Below are positions 24,901 to 42,241 of a stretch of DNA of 64,000 bases, piece after piece. The position numbers and the translations under genes were made by a program. Within the stretch, counting starts at the first letter, position 1, and each line of letters starts with the position of its first letter. Source of the DNA: Hormiphora californensis (lineage: Eukaryota > Animalia > Ctenophora); assembly GCA_020137815.1 (NCBI GenBank), contig CM035359.1, forward strand, positions 3,968,001 to 4,032,000, in the 5' to 3' direction. Below the pieces are notes generated by a model, which had not been told where the DNA came from, made no database searches, and saw only the letters and a program-made list of their open reading frames with translations.

Positions 24901-27520
24901 CGTGTGGTACTAGGAGAAACAAACCTAGAAACTGTATCTGATAAACTCCTCCCCCTCTTGACCCACAAAAGACTGTCTCACAAAAGACTGTCCTATAATC
25001 AACGTGTTAGGGCGACTTTACAGTCATATCGTGTAGTCTGACAACCCCTTGCCACTAAAAAAGAAGTTAAAAGCCCCCCCCCCCCTTAAACAGATACAAT
25101 GCCCCCCCCCCTCCCCCCTCCTTAACCCTTTGACGGCGAGAAGGATTGGCTCGATAGAATTGTCTAATTTTTCGTTTATAAGTAGATGTTATCAACACAA
25201 AACGCCTCGAAAAGGAAATTTGTAATTCCGACATGTAGTTTTTGCTGGGCCCACTGTAGCATATATGATACTATCGCCCGTAAGGGAATTCTAGTAACAA
25301 ATCTAAATTGTACAAGTTTGTGGGTGTTATGGCATAAATTCATGCTTTCATGAGGTTTGTAGCTACAAGTTCTACATTCGTGAACGGTTTTTACCAGGAA
25401 AAGAACCCAAATTAGAGATTTGTATCATATATGATACTATCGTCCAAAGGGTAAATTCTCCTAAAACATACATAATTCGGGCTAGAAAAGGAGCTAAGAG
25501 ACAAATGGGGGCACTAAAATGTGTAGAATCATCGCATTAGTGGGGGTAGAGCACATATTTAGGTCGCTATCTGGATCCCTAATTGAGATAATTGGATAAT
25601 TAGCTAATTATCTGTCCCGCGTGTGCTAATTATTCACGAAACTTTGCTCTGGGAAGGAGTTATGAGACAAATGGGGGCACTAAAATGTGTAGAATCATTA
25701 CATTAGTGGGGGTAGAGCACATATTTAGGTCGCTATCTGGATCCATAATTGAGATAATTGGATAATTAGCTAATTAGTTGCCCTGGAGCGCTAATAAATG
25801 AGACTTTGTGGAGTATCCAAGACAAGTAGGGGCACTAAAATGTGTAAAATCATCGCCTTAGTGGAGGTAGAGCACATAGCTGAGTTTCTATTCCAACTCC
25901 TAAATGAGATAATTGGATAATTAGCTAATTGACGGTTGCACACCGTCCACTTTTCACCAAATCCCGTGGTTTCTAGGTAATCCTGAGCTCTTTTGTTCAA
26001 TCTAAGGATCTTCTGACATCCCCTAATATCCCTAAACCCCTATAACCGTGTGTCCAAACAATAAATATGGGAAACTGTAGTACATTAGAGGTTGAACGTG
26101 TTGTAGGAGCAATAGGATATAAAAATTCTATATGATTGTAGTTGGATCTTGGATGTATGAGAAGTCTAGGATGGAGCAAGAGGGTTCTAAAGAGCTGAAG
26201 GCAGTGTCTAGGGTTGTATCGAGTGCTATACTATTGTGTAAAACGAGTCAAAGGTGATACAAATGGGGTTAGGGGTTGTCAGAAGATCCTTAGATTGAGC
26301 AAAAGAGCTCAGGATTACCTAGAAACCACGGGATTTGGTGAAAAGTGGACGGTGTGCAACCGTCAATTAGCTAATTATCCAATTATCTCAATTAGGAGTG
26401 GGAATAGAAACTCAGCTATGTGCTCTACCCCCGCTAAGGCGATTATTTTACACATTTTAGTGCCCTCACTTGTCTTGTATACTCCGCCTAGTCTCATTTA
26501 TTAGCGCTCCAGGGCAACTAATTAGCTAATTATCTAATTATCTCAATTATGGATCCAGATAGCGACCTAAATATATGCTCTACCCCCACTAATTTGATGA
26601 TTCTACACATTTTAGTGCCCCTGCATTTGTCTCATAACTCCTTCCCAGAGCAAAGTTTCATGAATAATTAGCATGCGCGGGACAGATAATTAGCTAATTA
26701 TCCAATTATCTCAATTAGGGATCCAGATAGCGACCTAAATATGTGCCCTACCCCCACTAATGCGATGATTCTACATTTTAGTGCCCTGATTTGTCTCTTA
26801 GCTCCTTTTCTAGCCCGAATTATGTATGTTTTAGGAGAATTTACCCTTAGGACGATAGTATCATATATGATACAAATCTCTAATTTGGGTTCTTTTCCTG
26901 GTAAAAACCGTTCACGATTGTAGAACTTGTAGCTACATACCACATGAAAGCATAAATTTATGCCATAGCACCCACAAACTTGTACAATTTAGATTTGTTA
27001 CTAGAATTCCCTCACGGGCGATAGTATCATATATGATACGGCGCCTTAAATGTTAATAACTCATTCAATTTTCAATATTTTTCGATGCGGCTTTTTGCAT
27101 TCGGTCGGTTATGACGAGCACTTTTATTCCTTCAAAGGATTAGTTGTGCCCCCAAAAAACAAAAAAATGAGAAATGTTTTTAAAAAAAGGCCGAAATTAG
27201 CCTCCTTAGAAGGGCTATAAAATTTTTTTCTTGATTTTCTGAGCTGATCTGGACGTGGTTTTAGGTTCATAATCCCTAAAACTAGCTTGTGACAAAATAT
27301 GGGCCACCTAGATAAATCATAAGGACTTCCAGGCCGCCTAGAATAGACTGTAGCATATATGCTCTGTCGCCGTCAAAGGGTTAAACAGATAGTAACCACT
27401 CCATTTGTCAGGTATTTTATCGGGCACGCAGCCAAAATGCACGACCTCAAGGTGAAATACCGGGACGGGATATGTTACATCTACGATGACAACGGCAATG
27501 TTATCCATAAGATCACGTGA
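10540..27520 (+). CDS. Multi-exon C2H2 zinc-finger protein with P/Q/T-rich N-terminus
   Basis: Phase-compatible GT-AG exons: 10540-10685, 10744-11132, 11231-11574, 11665-11761, 11934-12124, 12224-12311, 12947-13058, 15153-15268 (YSCYECG..LLIHKSREH), 15563-15702 (CPDC..HMTSLH), 22252-22365 (CTMC..HVHHH), 22693-22814, 23859-24012 (YKCSKCDKSF..LRRHIRNIH), 24183-24295, 27412-27520 (TGA). The last junction is the least certain. Confidence 0.85.
13255..14262 (-). CDS. Single-exon 7TM / divergent rhodopsin-like GPCR, nested in zinc-finger intron 13059-15152
   Basis: Open 335-aa frame with about seven hydrophobic helices, TM3 end YLFRLQLIVRP (DRY position), TM4 Trp (IWIGALVVS) and a helix-8-like MRRALWDV followed by CC. 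Confidence 0.75.
   Translation of the reverse strand: MNNIFATISDSESVTPTGSAFAQYALKPLTITMCVLGLISSLILVVTIFARCRRWTDLPFTSTLYLHICALNIIECLDIMFIIPIWKTENAAKNSWVFLVIGDVFSIARPAFLLCIYLFRLQLIVRPSSIFNRDEIQRHRLKSLIRCIWIGALVVSVIIRVCYIKKVCGEKVDYAYFCADILVIFLQTTIILVSVAMVAYLSVLYQRFSYNHSEVTSPLLDDGSNVALLENIALTLRIVCSTLFVDLFCFSYALVVNFGNIIYWFNSDILPTFLLRLKHWVGGEVQFVFLSLLTGATYATLISWVLILVQASMRRALWDVMERVARRCCGRVHEE
14434..14546. repeat. 36-bp minisatellite, 3 copies
   Basis: Unit AGTACAATTCAGCCTAACCTTTACTCTGATCCCCTC. Confidence 0.9.
16778..18019 (+). CDS. LINE ORF1, gag-like nucleic-acid-binding protein with zinc knuckles
   Basis: QCYHCQGFGH..CP, CCFCAGTHQTKDC and KCVNC..HTASSMWCP motifs; first ATG at 16778 (frame open from 16727). 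Confidence 0.9.
   Translation: MTVTSNYDICITKSDFEDVLAGEVFSNDYKGSDLLVCLERGDAVCPSSVHKPQLWHLLKACYKMLPATAPFSVPGDQADLRESFAKLHKDLVSTISALVKPVEKGKDDVGNGEPEEPVTPTMKHYVNITTGNSGEGESAFCADKWKNVVKPKVESALKTIPVVRSRVNSDHTRLYFPNEDQMKEAEKVLTPLAQDCSVSFFSEETKKLEPKVTINDLGPDLLEKEAILAAILDKNEDIRKLYHEDKKLKVVFVNERDRYAVIQMAPEIRRLLSSSGDRLNLGLRQHFVKNRYHVIQCYHCQGFGHMAGSVYCPQKDDPVCCFCAGTHQTKDCRAKKNNETGKMKCVNCEVGGSREDKKYAKTHTASSMWCPSYINERARLMERTSGVSKEEKNMYWTRTKEELLRKRLGRLGH
17902..20943 (+). pseudogene. LINE ORF2 (APE endonuclease + reverse transcriptase) with one in-frame TAA at 18862-18864
   Basis: KIGTLNVRSL, LVQETFL, YRPP, AGDLN, TLDLVI and SDHF endonuclease motifs; RT motifs YRPVSN, LDMSAAFDTVDH, GVPQGSLLGP and YADD. 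The two track ORFs are in the same frame, separated by a single stop. Confidence 0.92.
23063..23815. mobile_element. Non-autonomous long-TIR element in a zinc-finger intron
   Basis: ~190-bp inverted arms beginning CGGGTGACAACTAAAAATTG and ending CAATTTTTAGTTGTCACCCG. Confidence 0.75.
24311..24409. mobile_element. hAT-type MITE, left-truncated copy
   Basis: Matches the complete copies at 40607 and 46458. Confidence 0.7.
25126..27380. mobile_element. piggyBac-like non-autonomous element with large internal inverted repeats
   Basis: ttaa|CCCTTTGACGGCGA ... TCGCCGTCAAAGGG|ttaa; internal inverted arms at ~25256-26045 and ~26265-27040; no transposase ORF. Confidence 0.85.
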
Positions 27521-27906
27521 TGCGATACGAAGTGTTGATAGCGAATTGGTTAGAAAAATTTTCTTTTTTCGGGTCGCAGGTAGAGTAGAATTGTTGAGAG
27601 TACCCAGGTATTATAGTAAAGACGTGGACTGTCATGCTTATCGTGTTTAGAACTTTGATTGTTGTTTATCTGTGAATTTATTTTACGGCTATAAGCTTTT
27701 ATGTATAATGATAATTACCAATTTAATTGAGCTAATTACTTAGTGGTATTATATAATTTTAAGCTAATTATATGAATTATGAATTACATATTTTATTTAG
27801 CTGTTACACAATCGAAATTTTAGGATTTGTTGCGTTATTTGAGCGTAATTCTTTTCTCTAATCCTTTTCGAGTGACCCATCACTCCGAATGGTAGTTAAA
27901 TAATTG

Positions 27907-29323
27907 GGCAATTTCTGATTTGCCGCATACGGCGTCTAGACGGCGTCGCAACGCCGTCTAGACGGCGTCTAGACGGTATACCGTCTGGACGGGTTTCGGT
28001 GAAATCAGCTAAAAACGGTACCGAAATTGCTTGAGACGGGTTATAGACGGTATCAGACGGTCTCTAGACGGGTTATAGACGGTATCAGACGGTGTTGCGA
28101 CGGTATCAGACGGTCTCTAGACGGTGTCTAGACGGTACCGTCCCGGCGTCTGGACGGCGTCTGGACGGTGTCTAGACGGTATCCGTCCGAAGTTGAGACG
28201 GCACGTCTGAAAATTGTACCAGACGTTGAGACGGACTTTTAGAACTCCGTCTGTATTTCAGACGGAGTTTTAAAAGTACGTCTCAACGCAGTCTAAAGGA
28301 AAATCGATGAAAGTACCGTCTAGACAACGTCTCAACTGAAACCGGTCAACATACCGTCTAAACAACGTCTAGACAACGTCTAAACAGAATCTCGCGATTC
28401 AGTTTCAAATACCGTCTAGACAACTTCTCCAGCAATTTCGATAAGAATACCGTCTAAACAACGTCTAGACAACGTCTCAAATAATGATGTCTAGACTCGA
28501 CCGTTTTCGAAGACCATTCTGGATTACCCATGCCAGTTGGAATTAGTGGTAGATGTGTGCCTATTGAATGGAAATTACACATGTGTTTAACCAGCACAGT
28601 CGTACCGCGATGCTCGGGGACGGGAAAGGGGTTATCCTCCCGGTAATTTTCGTACCCAACTTCAAATATACTGTCTATGGCTGATACTATCAGTGATAGA
28701 TAGTGTCGGTTATGAGACGTTGTTTAGACGGTATCTGTATCGGATTCGCTTAAGACGTTGTCTAGACGTTGTTTAGACGGTATTCGTATCGAAATTGCTG
28801 GAGAAGTTGTCTAGACGGTATTTGAAACTGAATCGCGAGATTCTGTTTAGACGTTGTCTAGACGTTGTTTAGACGGTATGTTGACCGGTTTCAGTTGAGA
28901 CGTTGTCTAGACGGTACTTTCATCGATTTTCCTTTAGACTGCGTTGAGACGTACTTTTAAAACTCCGTCTGAAATACAGACGGAGTTCTAAAAGTCCGTC
29001 TCAACGTCTGGTACAATTTTCAGACGTGCCGTCTCAACTTCGGACGGATACCGTCTAGACACCGTCCAGACGCCGTCCAGACGCCGGGACGGTACCGTCT
29101 AGACACCGTCTAGAGACCGTCTGATACCGTCGCAACACCGTCTGATACCGTCTATAACCCGTCTAGAGACCGTCTGATACCGTCTATAACCCGTCTCAAG
29201 CAATTTCGGTACCGTTTTTAGCTGATTTCACCGAAACCCGTCCAGACGGTATACCGTCTAGACGCCGTCTAGACGGCGTTGCGACGCCGTCTAGACGCCG
29301 TATGCGGCAAATCAGAAATTGCC
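27907..29323. mobile_element. Foldback element with 9-bp TSD (Merlin- or Mutator-like)
   Basis: AAATAATTG|GGCAATTTC ... GAAATTGCC|AAATAATTG; arms of ~570 bp built from GTCTAGACG-type subrepeats. Confidence 0.85.
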
Positions 29324-29758
29324 AAATAATTGTGTGACTAGACTGTTTTCGTGTGCTAGCTATTATCCCATGTTTTCGTCAATTTTAGGTTTTGCGAAAA
29401 AAAATTCTTGCGTTTTGGTTTTCGTTTCAGCTTCAGCCTGAGTCTCAGTGTTCACCAGTATCGATGTGCTCCCTCTGGCCAGTGTATCAAAAGGGTTGAC
29501 ACCTCGGGAGCTCACCGGAGGGTATTTATTACAGCAGCCCCCAGTCTCTAATCGCCTTATCTTGAAACGTAGGCAACCCTAGAAGAGACTGTCCCCCCTG
29601 TGGCATGACACACGTGACATTCTCATTGGTACAGGGGCTGGTTAGTCGTTACACACACACCCACATACCCTCTCCCTCTCCCTCTCCGCCCTGTTATGCT
29701 GCAGTAACAGCCATCTCTCAGGGTGGCATACAGACGAACAAACCCATACCCCTCAGCC

Positions 29759-29813
<55 letters not shown>

Positions 29814-30209
29814 AGCAGGGAGGGAGAGCTCTCTATCTCTCTCTCCCCTCATCCAGTGAGAGAGTTGCGCTGTCCTGGATCACACAGTCCACACCGTAGG
29901 GGCAATTATTCCATATTTGGAGGGCACCGTAATTGCACCTCCATCTCCCCGGCCCTCCAACTGTGTGACTCCTGACCAGTCACGTGACATGCATTTAACC
30001 AATGAGAGTACAGGAGAGGGGTCACGTGGTATGCATCTGACCAATAAGAGGAGAGTAAAGCGGTCAGGTGACAGCACGTGCAGCGCAAAATGGGTCCTTC
30101 CACGTGACGAAATCACGTGACACACTGCTCGCTCTACTTCTCTCTGCTGCAGTGTGCTCTCTCTCTTTCCCTCCCTCCCTGCTGTAGCACTGTTTCTTTT
30201 TTATTCATT

Positions 30210-30314
<105 letters not shown>

Positions 30315-30378
30315 CTCTCTGCTCCAGCGTTAAACCTACACAGGCGAGTTGAGAGAAAACGCATGTGTGAGAACTGCG

Positions 30379-30520
<142 letters not shown>

Positions 30521-31346
30521 CGTGCGTTTGTTTGTACGTGTTTCAAAGGATTCTGGTAGGTTTGTGGTTCCTGAGGTATGTCTTTTAACAAGCTGGCCAC
30601 GTTTAGGATAAAGAGTATGAAAAAGCAGATGGAAATGAATTAATACTTGGGTAATGGTGCACTTATTGTGATATATTTGATATTTCCCTTCAAGATAGGG
30701 AAATATCAAATATACCCTGATTCCCGACCCAATCTGAGCTCACTGTCAAATCGGGGTCTGGCTCCGCCAGGCAGATATTTTCATGGATTAGGGGAAGTTG
30801 GGCGATACAAATTTATTGGGGTTAGGATTCATGACAAAATTTGCCGTCTGCTGCCCTGATAACGTGGAGATATATGTATCGATCACTGTCAAACAATCTT
30901 GTGTCCGTGGTGTTGTGTGTCACTGGTTTGTTGCAAAACACGTGAATTGCCACGTGGACAATAGCTCTCTCCCTCCTCCAGTGAGCCAGTGCTAATTTTA
31001 TCGCAGTTCAAATCAAATCAAAGTGAGGGTATCTGCAGGTGAGGGGAGATGGGGAAGTAGAGACAGATGAGGGCTGAGGGGAGACGGGGAATGGTAGATA
31101 GGTGAGACGAGACGTGGAAGGATAAGAGGGGGATACAGAGGCAGAGGCAGAAGGATAAGAGTGGGGTACAGCCTGGTAGAGGGGACTGTGAAATTGATAT
31201 CAACTACGCGGTTGAGCTGCAGTTACTGTTGGATTCGGGCTTAGACAGAGACAGAGGCAGAGAGACAGAGACAGAGAGTAACAGAGAGGGACAGAGAAAG
31301 AGAGACAGAGACTCACAGAGACAGAAAGAGACAGAAAGAGAGAGAG

Positions 31347-31428
<82 letters not shown>

Positions 31429-31693
31429 AAGGTGTGCTGTGTTGCGGGTAGTGCGGGTACCCTTTTGTTTAGGGCGTGTCCCTTTAAACATCCGGTAGTA
31501 CCTGTGAAGGGCTTTTCAATGGCTTCTCCCTCGTTATCCCTCTCTCATTATCTCTCTAACTCTCCCTTCCCGTTCCAGTTTCTCCTAGAGTCCTTTTCTC
31601 TCCTTCCTCTCTCTGGATTGGATGTGTCGAGTCGCTGAGGGCACACTGTAAGAGTGAGAGAATGTGTGCGTTCGGTTGCAGTATATACCCTCA

Positions 31694-31754
<61 letters not shown>

Positions 31755-32245
31755 TCTTCTTCTCTCTCTCTCTCTCTCCCTCACTTTCTCTCTCTCTATA
31801 CATCCTCTCTACCTCTCTCTCTGAGTGCTGCTGGCTGCGGGCACATCTCGACGACGGAGGAGAGAGCACGTGATCGTAATGTGCGAATTGTACCCAGCTG
31901 CTCTCTCATTGGCTCTCTTTAGTCACGTGACTAAGCGGTCCAGGGATATTACTCGTTGAGGGGTTATTTTCGGCTGTCCTGGCGTGGATCCAGTTATTAC
32001 TGGAACGCGCGGTGTCTCCCAACTAAGACCTTGCGCGCGTGATAAACCTCCGTCATGGAATCTGTGGGAACGCGCACCTGGAAGCGGGGAATTGCGCCAT
32101 GCCGAGAGAGAGTGAGACAAGCGCTTGCCAACGCTGGGTAACCTAAATTTGAGTGATTAAAGGGTTCAACAGATAAGAAGGTCTGTTTACGAAATATGGA
32201 CCAAAAATAAACAAATTGTATTCCCTCAAATGAAAGTTTCTCAGA

Positions 32246-32318
32246 GCCTCCGTGGCCTAATGGCTAAGGCATCTGCCTCCTAAGCAGGGGATTGCGGGTT
32301 CGAGTCCCGCCGGGGGTT
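32246..32318 (+). tRNA. tRNA-Arg(CCT)
   Basis: Cloverleaf GCCTCCG..CGGGGGT, anticodon arm CTGC-CTCCTAA-GCAG, T-loop GGTTCGAGTCC, downstream TTTTT terminator. Confidence 0.95.
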
Positions 32319-32877
32319 GTGCTCTTTTTGTTCCTTAAAGATAAACTTCCAAAAAGCCAATTACTTTTTGTTAGCTAAACATCATATTGATGTGTAACTA
32401 ATATACAAATAACAGATTTCCCAGAGTATTCTGGAAATATTTTCCATTTCCGCTACTCCGGGGAATCTTCACGAAAATCGAGGTTTTATTATTGCAGAAA
32501 ATAATTATCACACAAAATAACATTAACATGAAAAAATAAAACATATCTCTGGATTCTGAAGCCCGCTCATTAGAGAAATATATGTGAAACCCGCTCATAA
32601 TTAAGCATATGTGGGATTATCAGTTTAGTTGTACCGCCCGTCCCGTTTTATCGCGAAATGGGGAGATAGTACGAACAGTTCAAACTGTACTACAATTGTT
32701 AAAAACATGGATTAAATGTGAATATTTAATAGGCACACCATTGCTCCTTCATTCACAACTAACCGAGCTTCCCTATTTAATTCTCGCTCAGATCTCAATT
32801 TTCAGGATAACCGGGCTGAGTTACACAAATTACCTTAAAGTAAATCAATTGTATAGAAAAACATGAACACACACGCA

Positions 32878-38723
<5,846 letters not shown>

Positions 38724-39616
38724 ACTCTATCCAGTTGTAAACGGAGTTGATCCCAAATAACAGAACCCTTCTTTGGGATTGAATATATCCTTTTTTTTGG
38801 GATTTTGGCGGAGATTTTCCTAGTTGCTAGGCAATATAACAGGTGTAACAGCAGAGATAAAATGCAGGCAAGGTTTCCGATTCCATGTGGTATGGCTGAG
38901 GCCTTCCTATGGGGGAGATAACGGTAACATGATATAGTATTTTTAGGGGAGAGGGGTAACAGACGGGTCTTTGGGCTAAAAGGTAGAATTACTAGAATTA
39001 GATAGTCATATATAGCTAGGCTCCAAGGCGCCCGGAAAAGTTTTATCTTGAAGTTTACAACATAAAAATCAGTGACAGTAAAATATATGTGGGATTTTCT
39101 ATGGGGTAATGATCTGAGATAGACATCGATAGGCGGTATGATGAATCAACTAGTAAATTATCCCAACTCTGAATTGCAGGAGGTAAGAAAAGTAAACAAA
39201 AGCGTGGGACACCACATACCAAATCATTGGTAGTCAATGGATATTGGATATATGCACATATCGACAATATATATATTCTACCACTCCTTTGGTATCGAAG
39301 ACACCTCACACTCAGGCCGCATCGCGGCCTTCGTTTGGTGCGCTTTGCGCGCCGGCAAGGGAGGGGTAACTTCGTTACCAAACCACTCCTTACACCATGC
39401 CACCATGAGTGGGTCGTCAGTAAATGAATATCACACATCAGGTAACGAGTTCATAACAGTAAAGTAACAATAAATATGACCAGATGGTATTGAATAAGTT
39501 ATAAGTTATGACTACAAACTAAACAGACGACCAATATAAAGTCACATGATCAAACAAAGACGTGACACCTCTAAACTAGCACTACATAATAACTTTTCTC
39601 TCTCTCTCTTTCTCTG

Positions 39617-39705
<89 letters not shown>

Positions 39706-40420
39706 TTCTCTTTCTAAACCTAAAACAAAAAACATAAAGGCCTTTGTTTTCAGTGTCGCTAGAGCATCACACGTACACTAAATACAGACACATCACATAT
39801 TTCAAAGGACGCTGGAACCGGAAAATAGGAAGTTCAAGTAGAAACACACCGTGAGATCGGAGGGGGGGGGCATCATACTTCTCAGTGAACAATGAACAGC
39901 GAACACTGTATGAGGCGTTATAGGTAGGTAACCCGAGAGCTATTTACCCTGTATAATGATGATCAAACTACAATTTCCCACACGCACACACGGCCTTGGT
40001 TACGAAATTATAACCCCTCTAAAGACCTTCACGCGCGCTGGCAAGGGAGGGGTTATTTCATAACTAACACACGGCCAGGGGTGTTATAATAACAACTTCA
40101 CAATGGCGTACTGTCACTGCATGCTCTGATCCACTAATATCATGACGTTTTTACTATCAACTCAGGGATTGATCGGAGACACAATAACTCCAACTCCCAG
40201 AATTGAAAACACTTTAAATGAACTCAACCAACCATGGTACATCCTTCTCCTTCTCTCGCTCCCATTCTCTTTCTCTCCTTCTCTCTCTCTCTATCCCTCT
40301 CTCTCTCTTTCTCTCTTTCTCTCTCACTTACCTCTCTTTCTCTCTCTATCTCTCTCTCTATCTCTCTCACTCTATCCCTCTCTCTCTCCTTCTATCTCTC
40401 TCTCTCTCTCACTTCCCTCG

Positions 40421-40473
<53 letters not shown>

Positions 40474-40606
40474 TCTTTGCCTCTCTATATGAGTTACCTG
40501 GCCCAATAATAATAGTTCCCAGCCAGCGGTGCATGAAAAGAGGAACCAGCGCAGTGAACACCTGTTCATGTATCAGTTAAAAAACTCTCAGCGGGAGCCT
40601 CTCAAC

Positions 40607-40721
40607 CAGGAGCCGACCGAATCAGGAAATAATGGTCCCTGATTGGCTGATAACCAGTCACGTGACCTAAATAACAAGTTTTGATTGGTTGTTTACTTGT
40701 TTCAATTTCGGTCGGTTCCTG
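40607..40721. mobile_element. hAT-type MITE with 8-bp TSD CTCTCAAC
   Basis: TIR CAGGAGCCGACCGA / TCGGTCGGTTCCTG flanked by direct repeats. Confidence 0.85.
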
Positions 40722-41552
40722 CTCTCAACCAGAAGTTGAAGATTCAACCAAAATTCAATGAAGTTCATATCAGCCAAAATGGGAAAAAAAGGAAAGTTTT
40801 ACTTCCTTCCCATCAATATCATGGTAAACTAAAGAGATTAACTTAATCTAGGAATATATGTTCATGAGAATCCGAGTAACCTACAGAATAATTTGAATAA
40901 AATATTCGAATTTATGTTTGGGGAAGGTCATCATATTGCTCGCATGTTGTTCCTGATTCCGTGTAACATATTGTTTGCTCGACCATCTTACAGAATTGTA
41001 AAGGTCTCAAGTCTCCTGGGACATAATGACACCTAAAAAATAATTCAACCCGATATCATCTGGATTAATTTTAGTTCTTTGAGTTGATTTCTTTAATTGT
41101 TCTAAGATAATCGAGATTTTAAATTATAGAAGAATCTAGAAACCCGGTCCTTAGATCTTTAGAAGTCAATGACCGTACTAATCCACATCCGGTATAGATC
41201 GTACTGCAGTTAAATACCAATCGGTCTGTAGCTTGTTACTGTATCGCTACAGCAGTACCTTGTTACTACCATCGTGTGCTACTGAAGTAGGTACTACACT
41301 GTGCGGTGTATTCAAAGTAAACAATTGTAGTGGATTGGAGATTATGTTTATATTGCATACAATATCTTGTTTTGGTAAATGATGTTTGATTTGTGTTTAC
41401 TAATTCAACAGCTGCACTACATTGGCAACAGTACAAAATAGTTAAAATGCATTGCAGTGTGTACGATTTGTTTGGTAAAACATTGTCACACGTTTCATAA
41501 TTCATGACCGTCTATCTTCTTATCTCTCTCTCCCTCTCTCTCTCTCTCTCCC

Positions 41553-41604
<52 letters not shown>

Positions 41605-42241
41605 CCTCTCCCAATTTTCACTAAGAATTAGGGTAGATATCATATTTGACGCAAACGTTTGCGTATGTCAAGGCGTGTAAATGAATGACATGCACTATGA
41701 AACGGTGACTGAATTTCACGTTATTAATTTCTTCCGGTTCTAATGGTATTTGTTACGCCCGCAAAGTTATTTTGTTTATTGTTTGAATTCCCTCAATATC
41801 CTACTCTTGGTACTACAACTTGAAAAACTTCCAGTGTGTATTTTATCTGTTTTTAGTGAAACTCGACAGCCATGGAGCTTTTTTGTTCAGAAAAATCACC
41901 CTTTGTGATTATGGTGATTTTATGGAGTGCTCTGGTTCACCAGGCGTACCCCATAGTTCTAGCTCAAAACTGTAAGTGTTTCTTGTCTTGCTCGACCCTG
42001 TTTCAAAGCTGTAAGTTGTTCTATTGCATTGAAACCTGTCAGGCCAATGGTCTGACCGTGGTTCTCGTGTGCTCCGTGACTAGGGTCAGACGAATGCTCT
42101 GACAGATTGAAACGACAACTTCAGCGACTGAAACTGATATCGATAACAGGGTGAACACTGAACTGACAGTGCATGCTACTAATTGGTATGATCTAATTCT
42201 AGTAATTCAGAAGTCCAGCAGCCCCCCTCTCTCTCCCCTAG

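Noticed and set aside
27907-29323. Large palindromes as long-read foldback artefacts
   Set aside because: Clean TSDs (9 bp here, 8 bp at 52090, TTAA at 5214 and 25126, TA at 33895) and non-palindromic spacers support real insertions.
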